This document shows, one piece after another, positions 19,355 through 29,228 of a stretch of 64,000 nucleotides of DNA (within the stretch, counting starts at the first letter, position 1; each line of letters begins with the position of its first letter). The position numbers and the translations under genes were made by a program. Location: positions 32,001 to 96,000 of the forward strand of contig JABCTZ010000019.1 in assembly GCA_018238155.1 (NCBI GenBank). Reading direction: 5' to 3'. This DNA is from Candidatus Heimdallarchaeota archaeon (GTDB lineage Archaea > Asgardarchaeota > Heimdallarchaeia > JABLTI01). The notes under the pieces were generated by a model. That model saw only the letters and a list, made by a program, of their open reading frames with translations. It was not told the origin of the DNA and made no database searches.

Positions 19355-19630
19355 ATGAAAAGTGCAAGCCTAAGAGCAGAAAAGGGTGTTATAGAAGTAG
19401 AATTGGTTGTTGAAAAGAACACAATCATAGAACTAAAAATAACCGGTGATTTCTTCATTTACCCTGAGGAAGCTATTGAAGATATTGAACAAACAATAAT
19501 TGGTTGCTCTTCAAATGAAAAAGACATTAAAGCATGTTTAACTCAATTATATAAACAGAAATCGATTTCCACACCAGGAATCACAATAGATGATTGGGTT
19601 AAAGTGCTTATGATAGCAATTAACAAATAA
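19355..19630 (+). CDS. Stand-alone lipoate-protein ligase C-terminal domain (LplB-like)
   Basis: KG.IEV, LKITGDFFIYPEEAIEDIE...G, GIT.DD signature. Confidence 0.85.
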   Translation: MKSASLRAEKGVIEVELVVEKNTIIELKITGDFFIYPEEAIEDIEQTIIGCSSNEKDIKACLTQLYKQKSISTPGITIDDWVKVLMIAINK

Positions 19631-19667
19631 TCTAACAAAAAAAAATAATTTATCTCGAGGGAATGAT

Positions 19668-19940
19668 TTGAAAGTAAAATTCATTTTCAAAGGTTCGGTG
19701 TTTGAACAGAAAGAACCGATAGAATTAGATTTAGTTGAAAATTCAACTATTCTTGAAGCTCTAAATCTTGTAAGTGAAAAAAAACCAAAATTACATTCTT
19801 TACTCTTTAAAGACGGACAACTACGAAGTGATATATTGGTAATTGTGGATAAAACTGATGTCCTTTCAATGGGTTTGTTAGACTTTCAGCTTTCAAATAA
19901 TCAAGAAATAGTTATTCTTCCTTTGGCTCACGGTGGATGA
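19668..19940 (+). CDS. Urm1/SAMP/MoaD-like ubiquitin-fold protein
   Basis: Beta-grasp pattern, ILVIVDKTDV...LDFQL...EIVILPLAHGG with C-terminal HGG. Confidence 0.88.
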   Translation: MKVKFIFKGSVFEQKEPIELDLVENSTILEALNLVSEKKPKLHSLLFKDGQLRSDILVIVDKTDVLSMGLLDFQLSNNQEIVILPLAHGG

Positions 19941-22045
19941 ATATCCACATAACAAAAAAAGTATCTGGATTTGACAACTTGCATCAAGTAGAAAAAATTG
20001 CTCTATTAATGGAGAATCAAAAAAATATTCGTAACGTTGTTTTAGTTGCTCATATCGACCACGGGAAAACAACACTATCTGATTCCCTATTAGCCTCTGG
20101 TGGTATTTTAGCTCCTTCAACAGCAGGTGAAGCTCGAGCACTTGATTTTCTCCCTGAAGAGCAAAGGCGTGGAATTACCATGAAAACAGCAAATATATCT
20201 TTAATTTTCAAGCAAGCAAATGAAGATTATTTAGTCAATCTCATTGATAGTCCTGGTCATGTTGATTTCTCCGGGAAGGTAGCTCGTGCGCTGCGCATTG
20301 CTGATGGTGCAATAGTGGTAATTGATGCAGTAGAACAAGTTATGGCTCAAACTGAAACCGTTATTCGTCAATGTATTGCTGAAGGAGTAAAACCAATTCT
20401 TTTTATCAATAAAATAGACCGGCTTATCAAAGAATTAAAATTATCTGCACAACAGATAGCCGAGAGAATTGAGATAATTTACAATAATTTCAATTCACTT
20501 GTGAGTAAATTTTCCAAGGAGAAAATTTTGCCAAAGTGGCGTAGTTCTACTAGAGATGGTAGTGTGGTCTTTGGCTCTGCTTTGCATCGTTGGGCTATTT
20601 CTTTACCAATTGTAAAGGAAACTGATATCACCTTTGAAAAAATAATTGACCTTTACAATAAAAAAGAAGAAACGATATTGCAAGAACTCTTGCCTATTGA
20701 GAAACCACTAATTGAAATGATTATTGATCATTTGCCAAATCCAATTGAAGCTCAAAAATACCGTATACAGAAGATTTGGCGTGGTGATTTAAGTTCAAAC
20801 GTTGGGAAAGCAATGGTGGGATGTAAAGCTTCCGGAGAGGAGGATATTCCTTTAGTATTCTGCACAACAAAAACGTTGCGAGATCAACATGCAGGTTCAC
20901 TAGTTCTAGGAAGAATATTCTCTGGTGTGTTAACTGAAAAAACTGAAGTATTTTTAGTTAATTCAAATACAAAAGTGAAAATTCAAAATGCTTATGTTTT
21001 TATGGGTTCTGATAAAAAAAGGATTAATAATATTCCTGCAGGAAACACTGTTGCAGTTTCTGGTTTAGGCACAGTTCACCCAGGAGAAACAATCGCCAAT
21101 ATTTCATCAAAAGAACTTGTACCATTTGAGGATATAGAATATCTAGCAAATCCTGTAGTTACTATTGCCTTAGAACCAAAAATGTTGAGAGATTTACCTG
21201 TTCTAAAAAGAGCTCTTGAACGTTTTGATCTTGAAGATCCAAATCTAATTGTCACGATAGATGAAAAATCAGGTGAAATTCTATTACTCGGATTAGGTGA
21301 ACTTCATCTCGAGACCGTTGTGACAGATTTGTCTGAAGAGATAGCTTGTACAGTCTCTCCACCAATTGTAATCATTGCTGAGAGAATCAAGGCTTCCAGC
21401 AAAAAAATCGTTTCTGAAATGTTTGGCTCAAAAGTAAGTTTGTATGTGCACCCTATTAACAAAACACAAAAAACAATGACTGAGGAAAAAGAACAGCAAA
21501 ATTCTGCCGATGAACAAATATTTGTGGAGAAGTTCAAGCAATATAATAACGAATTAATTATACCTCAAAAGTTGATTTCAAAATTATCTTCTGAAGCAAA
21601 AGCAAATATTATCACTGGAGTCAAAGATGCACTGCATACTGGTCCTATTTCTTCAAAACATGTGTTTGGTGTTCGAGTAATAATTCATGATTTTATCACA
21701 GAGAGCGGAGAAAAATATGAACACACAGTGCCATTGTTACGAAATGCTGTCTGGGAAGCATTAAGAGATGGTAAAATAACTCCTCAAGAACCAGTTTATA
21801 GAATACAAATTACTACTCCAACAACTTATCTTGGAAAAATTACCTCAATATTAGGGAAACGTAGAGGAAGTATTGTTGATGTACGCACTGATCAGGATTT
21901 ACTAATTATAACAGGTGATTTGCCTGTAGCTGAATCATTTCACATTGATCATGATTTAAGATCCGACACAGAAGGAAGAGCATTTTGGCAAATGACCTTT
22001 GATAGATACGAGCCGATACCAAAAAAAAACGTTGAAAATTTCTGA
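19937..22045 (+). CDS. Elongation factor 2 paralog (aEF-2p-like), lacking diphthamide motif
   Basis: AHIDHGKTT, RGIT, DSPGHVDF, NKID, GSA, LGELHLE, C-terminal LRSDTEGRAFW; domain IV is shortened and has no HRG. Confidence 0.9.
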   Translation: MNIHITKKVSGFDNLHQVEKIALLMENQKNIRNVVLVAHIDHGKTTLSDSLLASGGILAPSTAGEARALDFLPEEQRRGITMKTANISLIFKQANEDYLVNLIDSPGHVDFSGKVARALRIADGAIVVIDAVEQVMAQTETVIRQCIAEGVKPILFINKIDRLIKELKLSAQQIAERIEIIYNNFNSLVSKFSKEKILPKWRSSTRDGSVVFGSALHRWAISLPIVKETDITFEKIIDLYNKKEETILQELLPIEKPLIEMIIDHLPNPIEAQKYRIQKIWRGDLSSNVGKAMVGCKASGEEDIPLVFCTTKTLRDQHAGSLVLGRIFSGVLTEKTEVFLVNSNTKVKIQNAYVFMGSDKKRINNIPAGNTVAVSGLGTVHPGETIANISSKELVPFEDIEYLANPVVTIALEPKMLRDLPVLKRALERFDLEDPNLIVTIDEKSGEILLLGLGELHLETVVTDLSEEIACTVSPPIVIIAERIKASSKKIVSEMFGSKVSLYVHPINKTQKTMTEEKEQQNSADEQIFVEKFKQYNNELIIPQKLISKLSSEAKANIITGVKDALHTGPISSKHVFGVRVIIHDFITESGEKYEHTVPLLRNAVWEALRDGKITPQEPVYRIQITTPTTYLGKITSILGKRRGSIVDVRTDQDLLIITGDLPVAESFHIDHDLRSDTEGRAFWQMTFDRYEPIPKKNVENF

Positions 22046-22143
22046 ACAATAAATCATTAACTAATAATTGACTATCTTTTTAAATCGAATTCAAACAAGT
22101 TAAATTAGAATCGAAAATTATTTTCTGTATCATTTGAACTTAG

Positions 22144-22800
22144 GTGAACAATAAGGTGCAAAATGAAGATGATTTAGGAAAAACAGTGGATCTTGAGGAT
22201 AATTTAGCTCGTATGATTCTAATAGAACAAGCTGTTGATGCTGCATATGAAATTAAAGACAAAGTAGCAAGAAGTTATGCTTTCTGTGATTGTATTATTG
22301 GAATTATTGAATATGCTCGAGAGATAAACAAAGAAGATACCTTAGAAAAAATACCTGCTCTTTTTACTGAAATAACTAATAAAGGTGCATATGTTCGAGC
22401 ACAGAGTTTCTATGCAATTGCTTTAGCTTCTTTCGGACATGAAGATGAGGCAGAAAATGTTCTCTTGGAATCAATCAAAAATTCTATCAAAATAAAAGAC
22501 GACTTTGATAGAAGAGATGCAATACTTGATATCACGACGGCTGCTGGCGATATGTCATTTCTCTTAGATAAAAACGAATTAATAACTACAGCATTGAATC
22601 TCGCTGAGAATTTAACTAAGGCGCAAATGGCCTATCTTTATGGGTATTTGTCTGTAATTCTATCTGGTGAAGAAAGCACTTCATTAATTAGTAAAGCCGT
22701 GGATATTGCAAATAGTATCCGTGATCCAATAGCTAGATCTAAAGTTTATTTGGAATTGTCAAGTCTCTCAACAAATCTTGACAGAACATTTGAAGAGTAG
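22144..22800 (+). CDS. Hypothetical alpha-helical repeat protein
   Basis: Repeated A..I.D...R..A motifs (AYEIKDKVARSYA, SIKIKDDFDRRDA, ANSIRDPIARSKV). Confidence 0.65.
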   Translation: MNNKVQNEDDLGKTVDLEDNLARMILIEQAVDAAYEIKDKVARSYAFCDCIIGIIEYAREINKEDTLEKIPALFTEITNKGAYVRAQSFYAIALASFGHEDEAENVLLESIKNSIKIKDDFDRRDAILDITTAAGDMSFLLDKNELITTALNLAENLTKAQMAYLYGYLSVILSGEESTSLISKAVDIANSIRDPIARSKVYLELSSLSTNLDRTFEE

Positions 22801-22807
22801 AACAATA

Positions 22808-23500
22808 TCAAAATCGTACTATTCTTCTTCCTGTTTTTGGAGTAAAAGCTATCGCGAAGGCATTTCGAATATCATAGAAATCAATCGGTTTAATTTTTGG
22901 AATAGTTTTATGTTTTCTAAGTGCTTCTAAGATTTCCTCTTCAGTTCGCACACCATTAGTATCAACCAATGTATAACAAGTACCAATAGCTTTAGCAAAA
23001 TGAGCATCAGACCCTCCCACTCTGCCAAAACTTTTATGTCGAAAAGAAACTTCAGCCATATAGTTGGGAAAATTGAAAAAGATTTTTGCAAATCCATTAT
23101 AGAACTCCATAGCATCAGCTTTAACAATGTAGGATTTCCATCCAATACTATTATGTGACATTAATGGATGAGGTATAATAGATACTCCTCCTAAATCGCG
23201 TATTATTTCGACTGTTTCTTCTGCGGAGCGGTCTCTTGGGATCTCTTGGTTAATTCCATATGCAACTAAATGACCATCAGCAGTATCAATTTCTACGCCT
23301 GCAAAGTAAACTTTCTTCTTATCTTTCTCTCTAAATTTATCAACAATTTTTTTAGCAAATCGAAAATCATTATGTGTAAGAATACCGACTCCATCTATGC
23401 TTCGAGCACGTAAAACATTTGGTATTTCCCAATATTTAACTCGTTCATCAACATGGACGTGAAAATCAATTGAGAGGTTAACATTTTCATGTTTGGTCAT
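22808..23500 (-). CDS. PHP-domain metallophosphoesterase
   Basis: DFHVH, THND, GVEI...GH, PHP, E.YNG, GGSDAH; start taken at the internal Met (MTKHENV). Confidence 0.88.
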   Translation of the reverse strand: MTKHENVNLSIDFHVHVDERVKYWEIPNVLRARSIDGVGILTHNDFRFAKKIVDKFREKDKKKVYFAGVEIDTADGHLVAYGINQEIPRDRSAEETVEIIRDLGGVSIIPHPLMSHNSIGWKSYIVKADAMEFYNGFAKIFFNFPNYMAEVSFRHKSFGRVGGSDAHFAKAIGTCYTLVDTNGVRTEEEILEALRKHKTIPKIKPIDFYDIRNAFAIAFTPKTGRRIVRF

Positions 23501-23628
23501 AGTAGATATTACTTTGATAATTGCCTTTTGAAACTTTTTACACAAACCGACAATTCTCAAATAGTAGGGAAACGCTTTTCAGTAAACAAGTTCTCTGTTG
23601 TACTATCAGTTTAATGAGTGTAATAAAA

Positions 23629-23829
23629 ATGGTCATTAAAGTCGTAGAAATAATTGGCTCTTCCGATAAAAGTTGGGAAGATGCTGCAAGAAATGCTGTT
23701 GAAGATGCCTCTAAATCTCTTCGTGGGGTTACAGGTGTAGATGTTGTTAATTTTACTGCTACTGTGAAAAATGGTAAAATTGTGAAATACAAAGCTTGCT
23801 GTAAACTAGCTTTTTCAGTTGAAGACTAG
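23629..23829 (+). CDS. Dodecin-family flavin-binding protein
   Basis: MVIKVVEIIGSSDKSWEDAARNAVEDASKSLR...KYKA..KLAF; 66 aa from ATG 23629. Confidence 0.92.
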   Translation: MVIKVVEIIGSSDKSWEDAARNAVEDASKSLRGVTGVDVVNFTATVKNGKIVKYKACCKLAFSVED

Positions 23830-23861
23830 TTAGCTAGTTAGATTAAAGTACAGAAAGTCTT

Positions 23862-23879
23862 GAAGGGATAAATCCCTTC
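23862..23879 (+). terminator. Stem-loop downstream of dodecin
   Basis: GAAGGGA-TAAA-TCCCTTC perfect 7-bp stem followed by T-rich sequence. Confidence 0.5.
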
Positions 23880-23979
23880 TTGTCTATTTTTTCCAAAATA
23901 TTTGGAAATACTTTAAGTTATCTCTCTACTGATAATTTTAAAGCAGGTAATAAACAGAAAATTTGGATGCAATTTTATT

Positions 23980-25950
23980 ATGAGTAAATTTGTTTTAGCT
24001 GAGGGTCTCATACCAATGGGTGATCAACCAAGAGCTATAAAGGCTCTCGTTGATGGATTAAATAAGGGATTACGATACCAAATTTTAGAAGGTGTAACAG
24101 GTTCTGGAAAAACCTTCTCAGTTGCAAATATTATAGAACAGATTCAGAAACCGACTCTCGTTCTCTCTCCAAACAAGACATTAGCTGCACAATTATGCTC
24201 AGATTTCAGACGTTATTTCCCTGATAATGCAGTTGAGTATTTTGTGTCTTACTATGATTATTATCAACCTGAAGCATATGTTCCAAGATCAGATTCTTAC
24301 ATTGCAAAAGAGACTTCGATAAACGAAGAAATCGAAAAAATGAGACATTCAACTACTCATTCCCTTGCCACACGGAATGATGTTATTGTTGTTGCAAGTG
24401 TGTCAGCAATTTACGGTTTAGGCGCACCACGATCGTACAGAACAAAGCTTTCACTTGTGAAGGGAATGAAAATAAAGCGTCAAGAATTTCTCCGAAGACT
24501 TGTTGTTCTTCAATTTGAACGAAATGATTTTGAAATCAAACGAGGTACTTTTCGAGCTAAAGGCGATACCATCGAAATTTTTCCACCACACTCAGATAAG
24601 AGCACTATCCGAATAGAGATGTTTGGTGATGAAATTGAAAAAATAACTGAAAATGAGTTTCCTACAGGCAATAAAATTCAAGAAATCGAATCCTATGAAG
24701 TATATCCTGCTTCTCATTTTATGACAGAAGATGAATCACTAGAAAAACATGCAGTAAGAATTGAAGAAGAGCTTGAAAAACGCATCAAATACTTTAAAGA
24801 AAATGATCTCCTTCTTGAGGCTCAAAGGATAGAAGAAAGAACAAGATATGATATTGAGATGCTTCGATCTGTTGGGTACTGCTCTGGAATCGAAAATTAC
24901 TCGATGTATTTTGACGGAAGAAAAGTGGGGGAAAGACCCTTTGTATTACTAGATCATTTTCCTGATGATTTTTTAATGGTAATCGATGAATCTCATATAA
25001 CTATACCTCAAACCAATGGAATGTACGGTGGAGATCGTTCCCGGAAAAAAACATTAATTGAATATGGTTTTCGTCTTCCAACTGCTCTGGAGAATCGCCC
25101 TCTCAAATTTAATGAATTTGAATCTTTCATGCGTAAAACTATTTTTACATCTGCAACACCAGGTCCGTTTGAACTAGAACACGCCGAATTAGTAGCAGAA
25201 CAAATTATTCGTCCAACGGGATTAGTAGATCCCGAAATAATAATTAAACCAATTGAACATCAAATAGATGTGGTGCTTGATCAGATCAAATTAAGAACAG
25301 CAAAAAATGAACGAACATTAGTGACTACATTAACTAAAAGAATGGCTGAAGAATTATCAGAGTATCTTATTGAGAAAGGTATTAAAGCCCATTATATTCA
25401 TTCTGAAGTTCACACAATTGATAGAGTAGCAATTTTACGTGACCTCAGAAAGGGAAAATATGATGTACTTGTGGGAATAAATTTACTAAGAGAAGGACTT
25501 GATTTACCTGAAGTATCGTTAGTGATGATTTTAGATGCTGATAAAGAAGGCTTTCTCCGTTCCGTTCGTTCCCTTACACAGATAATTGGTCGTGCATCAA
25601 GGAATATTAATGGAAGGGTAATTCTTTTCGCTGACAAGATGACCAATTCAATAAAACGCACAGTTGAAGGTAATAATCGTAGAAGGCGTATTCAAATTGC
25701 TTACAATAGAAAACACAATATTACTCCTAAAACAATTCAAAAATCACTAGAAAATATTACTGATAGTTTATTGAAAATTGAAACGATTTCAGCAAAGAAA
25801 GTTAAAGAATTGGCTCAAATGGAGGAGAGTGATCTTGTTTTGGTCCTTATGGAATTGAAAGAACAAATGAGAGATGCAGCTCAAAAACTTGAATTTGAAA
25901 AAGCAGCAGAACTTCGTGATTTAATACGTGAAATTGAGGGCAATAATTAG
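23980..25950 (+). CDS. uvrB: Excinuclease ABC subunit B
   Basis: GDQP.AI, GVTGSGKT, YFVSYYDYYQPEAY beta-hairpin, IDESH, SATPG, GINLLREGLDLPEV, IGRA.RN, C-terminal UVR domain. Confidence 0.97.
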   Translation: MSKFVLAEGLIPMGDQPRAIKALVDGLNKGLRYQILEGVTGSGKTFSVANIIEQIQKPTLVLSPNKTLAAQLCSDFRRYFPDNAVEYFVSYYDYYQPEAYVPRSDSYIAKETSINEEIEKMRHSTTHSLATRNDVIVVASVSAIYGLGAPRSYRTKLSLVKGMKIKRQEFLRRLVVLQFERNDFEIKRGTFRAKGDTIEIFPPHSDKSTIRIEMFGDEIEKITENEFPTGNKIQEIESYEVYPASHFMTEDESLEKHAVRIEEELEKRIKYFKENDLLLEAQRIEERTRYDIEMLRSVGYCSGIENYSMYFDGRKVGERPFVLLDHFPDDFLMVIDESHITIPQTNGMYGGDRSRKKTLIEYGFRLPTALENRPLKFNEFESFMRKTIFTSATPGPFELEHAELVAEQIIRPTGLVDPEIIIKPIEHQIDVVLDQIKLRTAKNERTLVTTLTKRMAEELSEYLIEKGIKAHYIHSEVHTIDRVAILRDLRKGKYDVLVGINLLREGLDLPEVSLVMILDADKEGFLRSVRSLTQIIGRASRNINGRVILFADKMTNSIKRTVEGNNRRRRIQIAYNRKHNITPKTIQKSLENITDSLLKIETISAKKVKELAQMEESDLVLVLMELKEQMRDAAQKLEFEKAAELRDLIREIEGNN

Positions 25951-26049
25951 TTAAAAATCAATTAGTTGACCAATTGTTTAAAAAGTGATTTTTCTCAGTT
26001 AATATATTAACCTGTGATACTTCTACAGAATTTGTGATGTGACTAAAAG

Positions 26050-26631
26050 ATGAACGAAACTCTTGATAATGAAAAACTAACAAACAAGAAAAAGCAAAAT
26101 TCTTCTGCAATAATAGCAAAATTCCAAGAGGGTTCGATTCTCGTAGAAGATCATCAAGATGCACGCATAATTTATGATAATGGATTCTATGGATTGCTAA
26201 ACAAAGATAAAACTCTTACTCTAAATTTTGAAGAAGCTCTTCATCTCTTTGAGCGTGGAGTAATTTGTATATCAAACGAATCAGGAATTGCTTTAAGTAT
26301 AAGTGATTGTTCAACAATATTTTCTAAAAGAGAGAAAGGGTTCTGGAGCGATTACCTTGTCTATAAAGACCTAAGAAATAGAGGATATATTATAAATCGT
26401 GGAATTAGTAATTTGGTGAAATATCGATTATATCCTCGTGGTGCAAAGATTGGAAAAACACCTTCAAAAACAATGATTTGTCCACTCGCTGAAGGACAAA
26501 CGATAAATCTCGAAGAGCTTGATAAGATTGTTGTACAAATTCAGAGCATTAAAAAAGAGCTACTAATTGCTTGTGTGGATCGTTTAGGTGATGTTTCCTA
26601 TTACGAGTTACAAGCGTTATTCACATCCTAG
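26050..26631 (+). CDS. endA: tRNA-splicing endonuclease subunit, probably structural (non-catalytic)
   Basis: GFYG, L.L.FEEALHL, YLVYKDLRNRGY, VDRLGDVSYY; catalytic His region absent. Confidence 0.85.
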   Translation: MNETLDNEKLTNKKKQNSSAIIAKFQEGSILVEDHQDARIIYDNGFYGLLNKDKTLTLNFEEALHLFERGVICISNESGIALSISDCSTIFSKREKGFWSDYLVYKDLRNRGYIINRGISNLVKYRLYPRGAKIGKTPSKTMICPLAEGQTINLEELDKIVVQIQSIKKELLIACVDRLGDVSYYELQALFTS

Positions 26632-26656
26632 TATTAAAATTAACGAGATGAATTAT

Positions 26657-27364
26657 ATGCCTACCCAAAAACAAGACGAAAAATTGCTAATGAAACAAAG
26701 ATCTGCAAAAAAAGCACTTGAATATGTAAAGGAAAAAATGATTCTTGGAGTTGGAAGTGGTTCAACTGTTAGAGAATTTATTAAATTGCTTAAAAAAGCT
26801 GATATTAATCTTAGTGAAATAATTTGCATTCCAAGTTCATTTGATACAGAAGCAATGTTAATTGAACAAGGTTGTCATGTTGGGTCATTGAATCAATACC
26901 CTAAAATCGATTTAACAATCGATGGGGCAGATCGAGTTGATAGGGATTTAAATATAATTAAAGGTGGAGGTGGAGCAATGCTACAAGAAAAAATCATTGC
27001 CGGAGCTGCACGTGAAGTAATTATTATTGTAGATGCTTCAAAAATAGTTCCAACATTGGGCGATAGCTTTCCAGTACCTGTTGAAGTAATACCATTAGCA
27101 AAAGAATTTGTGAAAAGAGAATTGGAAGCTTTGGGTGGTAAAGCATCACTAAGAAAATCTTCAGATAAACTTGGACCAACGATTACTGATAATGGAAATA
27201 TAATTCTTGACACTGATTTCAAAGAAATTGCTAATCCCGAGCAATTGGAAAAACAATTGAATAATATTCCTGGTGTTATGGAAAATGGTCTTTTTCCAAA
27301 AGGATTGATTTCTCGAGTAATTATTGCTGAGAAAAATGAAATAAAATTATTAGAGAAGGAATAA
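26657..27364 (+). CDS. rpiA: Ribose-5-phosphate isomerase A
   Basis: LGVGSGST, DLTIDGAD, IKGGGGA...EK, PVEV.P, TDNGN.I.D, IPGV.E.GLF; start could be 26648 or 26657. Confidence 0.96.
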   Translation: MPTQKQDEKLLMKQRSAKKALEYVKEKMILGVGSGSTVREFIKLLKKADINLSEIICIPSSFDTEAMLIEQGCHVGSLNQYPKIDLTIDGADRVDRDLNIIKGGGGAMLQEKIIAGAAREVIIIVDASKIVPTLGDSFPVPVEVIPLAKEFVKRELEALGGKASLRKSSDKLGPTITDNGNIILDTDFKEIANPEQLEKQLNNIPGVMENGLFPKGLISRVIIAEKNEIKLLEKE

Positions 27365-27377
27365 CTTTCTCTAACAA

Positions 27378-29228
27378 TTATTTTAATTTGGCAAAAATCA
27401 TTTCGCCTTTATTAATAATTTTGATTATTTCTTTTGCAATAGAGGTTGAACGATCAATCTTTATTTCTCCTTTCTTACCAATCGAACCTGAAAAGATACT
27501 TCTATTTTCTGTAACTACTTCAATATTAGTTCCCTGTTGGTGTTCTGGAAAGCTTAAAATGATATAACTTTTAGTAAGGCGAACATCAATTGGAGTTTTT
27601 CCATTTTTCGTTTCAATCTCTTTGGATTCCTTAATATCTTCATTGCTTGAAGAAATTGGTTTCACATCAATACGCATGCCAATTTTGTTCTCGAGTTCGT
27701 TGATTGTTTTACCTTTACGCCCAATAATACGTGGAATATCCTCTGAATATACTTCAAGGCGAATCGAATTTCGACCGATTTTTGTAATAATTAATCGATC
27801 AACGTTTATTGCTTTTCGAATTGTTTTTTCAATACTTTTCTGTTCACTCTTCTTTAATGGTGGAAGGTTTGCAGTACCAACTTTATCAACAGGTATCACA
27901 GATACTTGTTCACCAAAAACAAATATATCATATCGTAATCGATGTGTTTCAAAATCACTGACTTCAATTACTGGTCGTGCAAGATCACGCTCTTGCATAC
28001 CTGAGGGAACTTTTACAGTCATTCGAAGCTCAACAACATCGGCAATTTTACCATCCTTGACATAGATGACAGTATCTAATATACTAGGAATTAATCCAAG
28101 GTCAATTCTACCAATAAATCTTTGAATTGCTTCTATTGCAGTCGTAGAATGTATGACTCCAACTAAACCAATGCCTGCAAGACGCATATCTCCAAAAGCT
28201 TCAAAATCAGCCGTTTTTCTTAGCTCATCAAAGATAACAAAATCTGGTCTAATGAGCAACATAATATCTGCTGTTTTTCTGAAATCACCACCTAATGCAG
28301 TATACTGAGATACTTCAGGACCAACTTGAAGATCTCGCGGCTTTTCCACCGTTTTTACAGTTTTATTCTGAGAAGCAAAAAAGTCTGCTACAGCTTGTGC
28401 AAAGGTTGACTTTCCTGCTCCCGGAGAGCCGGCAATTAATACTCCTTCTGCACCTTCTCGTAATCTGTTGAGGAGGCTTTCAGTTAAATGATAATCATCT
28501 AGTGAGAGTCTAACAATGGGTTTAACAGCTGTTATCTCGAGAGCATCTGAAAATGGAGGTCTTGCAATAACAACTCTCATCGCATCAAGTTGGATAACTT
28601 GTACACCAGGTTCATCCATTTCAATAAAACAATTGGGAGTTGTACGAGCAATAGAAACAATATCAGTTATTACTTCATTTATTTCTTCATGTGTGGAAAT
28701 ATTTTCACCAATTTTTACTAATTCCCAATCTCCAGGCTTTCCCTTTTTTGCTTGCGGATGAACTTTTTCTCGTAAATGAATTGACATTGTCGTATCATCA
28801 AAATAATCAAAAATACGTTTAAGTGGTTTTTTTCTAGGTGGACTTTTTATATATTCAACATCAATGCCTTCAACTTCACACATTGAGACTAATACTTTAT
28901 CACTTGTATAAAGAACTGCATTATGTTCTCGTGCAACATCACGTATTTTTGAATCAAGTTCACCAGAAGAAGCAAGTTTGATTTCATCGAGGTTTGGACG
29001 TGCACCTGCTAATGTAACTGAAATACCAAGATGGTTGCATTCAAATCTAAGGTTCTTTAATTCCTCTAATCCCTCAAATCCTTTCGAACGACGATTATTT
29101 GCCATGTTCTCTATTTCACTAATAACAATTCGGGGGAGAATAATTTCCTCAATTTCGTCTTTTAATTGAAGGATTTCTGCTACAATAAATCTGGATACAA
29201 TGACACTAGTATCTGGAACAATTTTCAA
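27378..29228 (-). CDS. PIN-domain ATPase with C-terminal KH domain (PINA family)
   Basis: N-terminal PIN (VPDTS), Walker A GSPGAGKST, FDELR, GIGLVGVIH, KH IIGRKGKTI. Confidence 0.92.
   Translation of the reverse strand: MKIVPDTSVIVSRFIVAEILQLKDEIEEIILPRIVISEIENMANNRRSKGFEGLEELKNLRFECNHLGISVTLAGARPNLDEIKLASSGELDSKIRDVAREHNAVLYTSDKVLVSMCEVEGIDVEYIKSPPRKKPLKRIFDYFDDTTMSIHLREKVHPQAKKGKPGDWELVKIGENISTHEEINEVITDIVSIARTTPNCFIEMDEPGVQVIQLDAMRVVIARPPFSDALEITAVKPIVRLSLDDYHLTESLLNRLREGAEGVLIAGSPGAGKSTFAQAVADFFASQNKTVKTVEKPRDLQVGPEVSQYTALGGDFRKTADIMLLIRPDFVIFDELRKTADFEAFGDMRLAGIGLVGVIHSTTAIEAIQRFIGRIDLGLIPSILDTVIYVKDGKIADVVELRMTVKVPSGMQERDLARPVIEVSDFETHRLRYDIFVFGEQVSVIPVDKVGTANLPPLKKSEQKSIEKTIRKAINVDRLIITKIGRNSIRLEVYSEDIPRIIGRKGKTINELENKIGMRIDVKPISSSNEDIKESKEIETKNGKTPIDVRLTKSYIILSFPEHQQGTNIEVVTENRSIFSGSIGKKGEIKIDRSTSIAKEIIKIINKGEMIFAKLK

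Noticed and set aside
19900-19990. Programmed frameshift producing a Urm1-EF-2 fusion
   Set aside because: No slippery heptamer before the GG-stop; the ATGA overlap is adequately explained by translational coupling.
19937-22045. Labelling as canonical fusA/EF-2
   Set aside because: The diphthamide loop is missing and domain IV is reduced, so the gene symbol was withheld.
27378-29228. PINA as the missing pilus assembly ATPase or as a toxin
   Set aside because: The PIN-ATPase-KH architecture is a conserved archaeal housekeeping family, unlinked to the pilin cluster.
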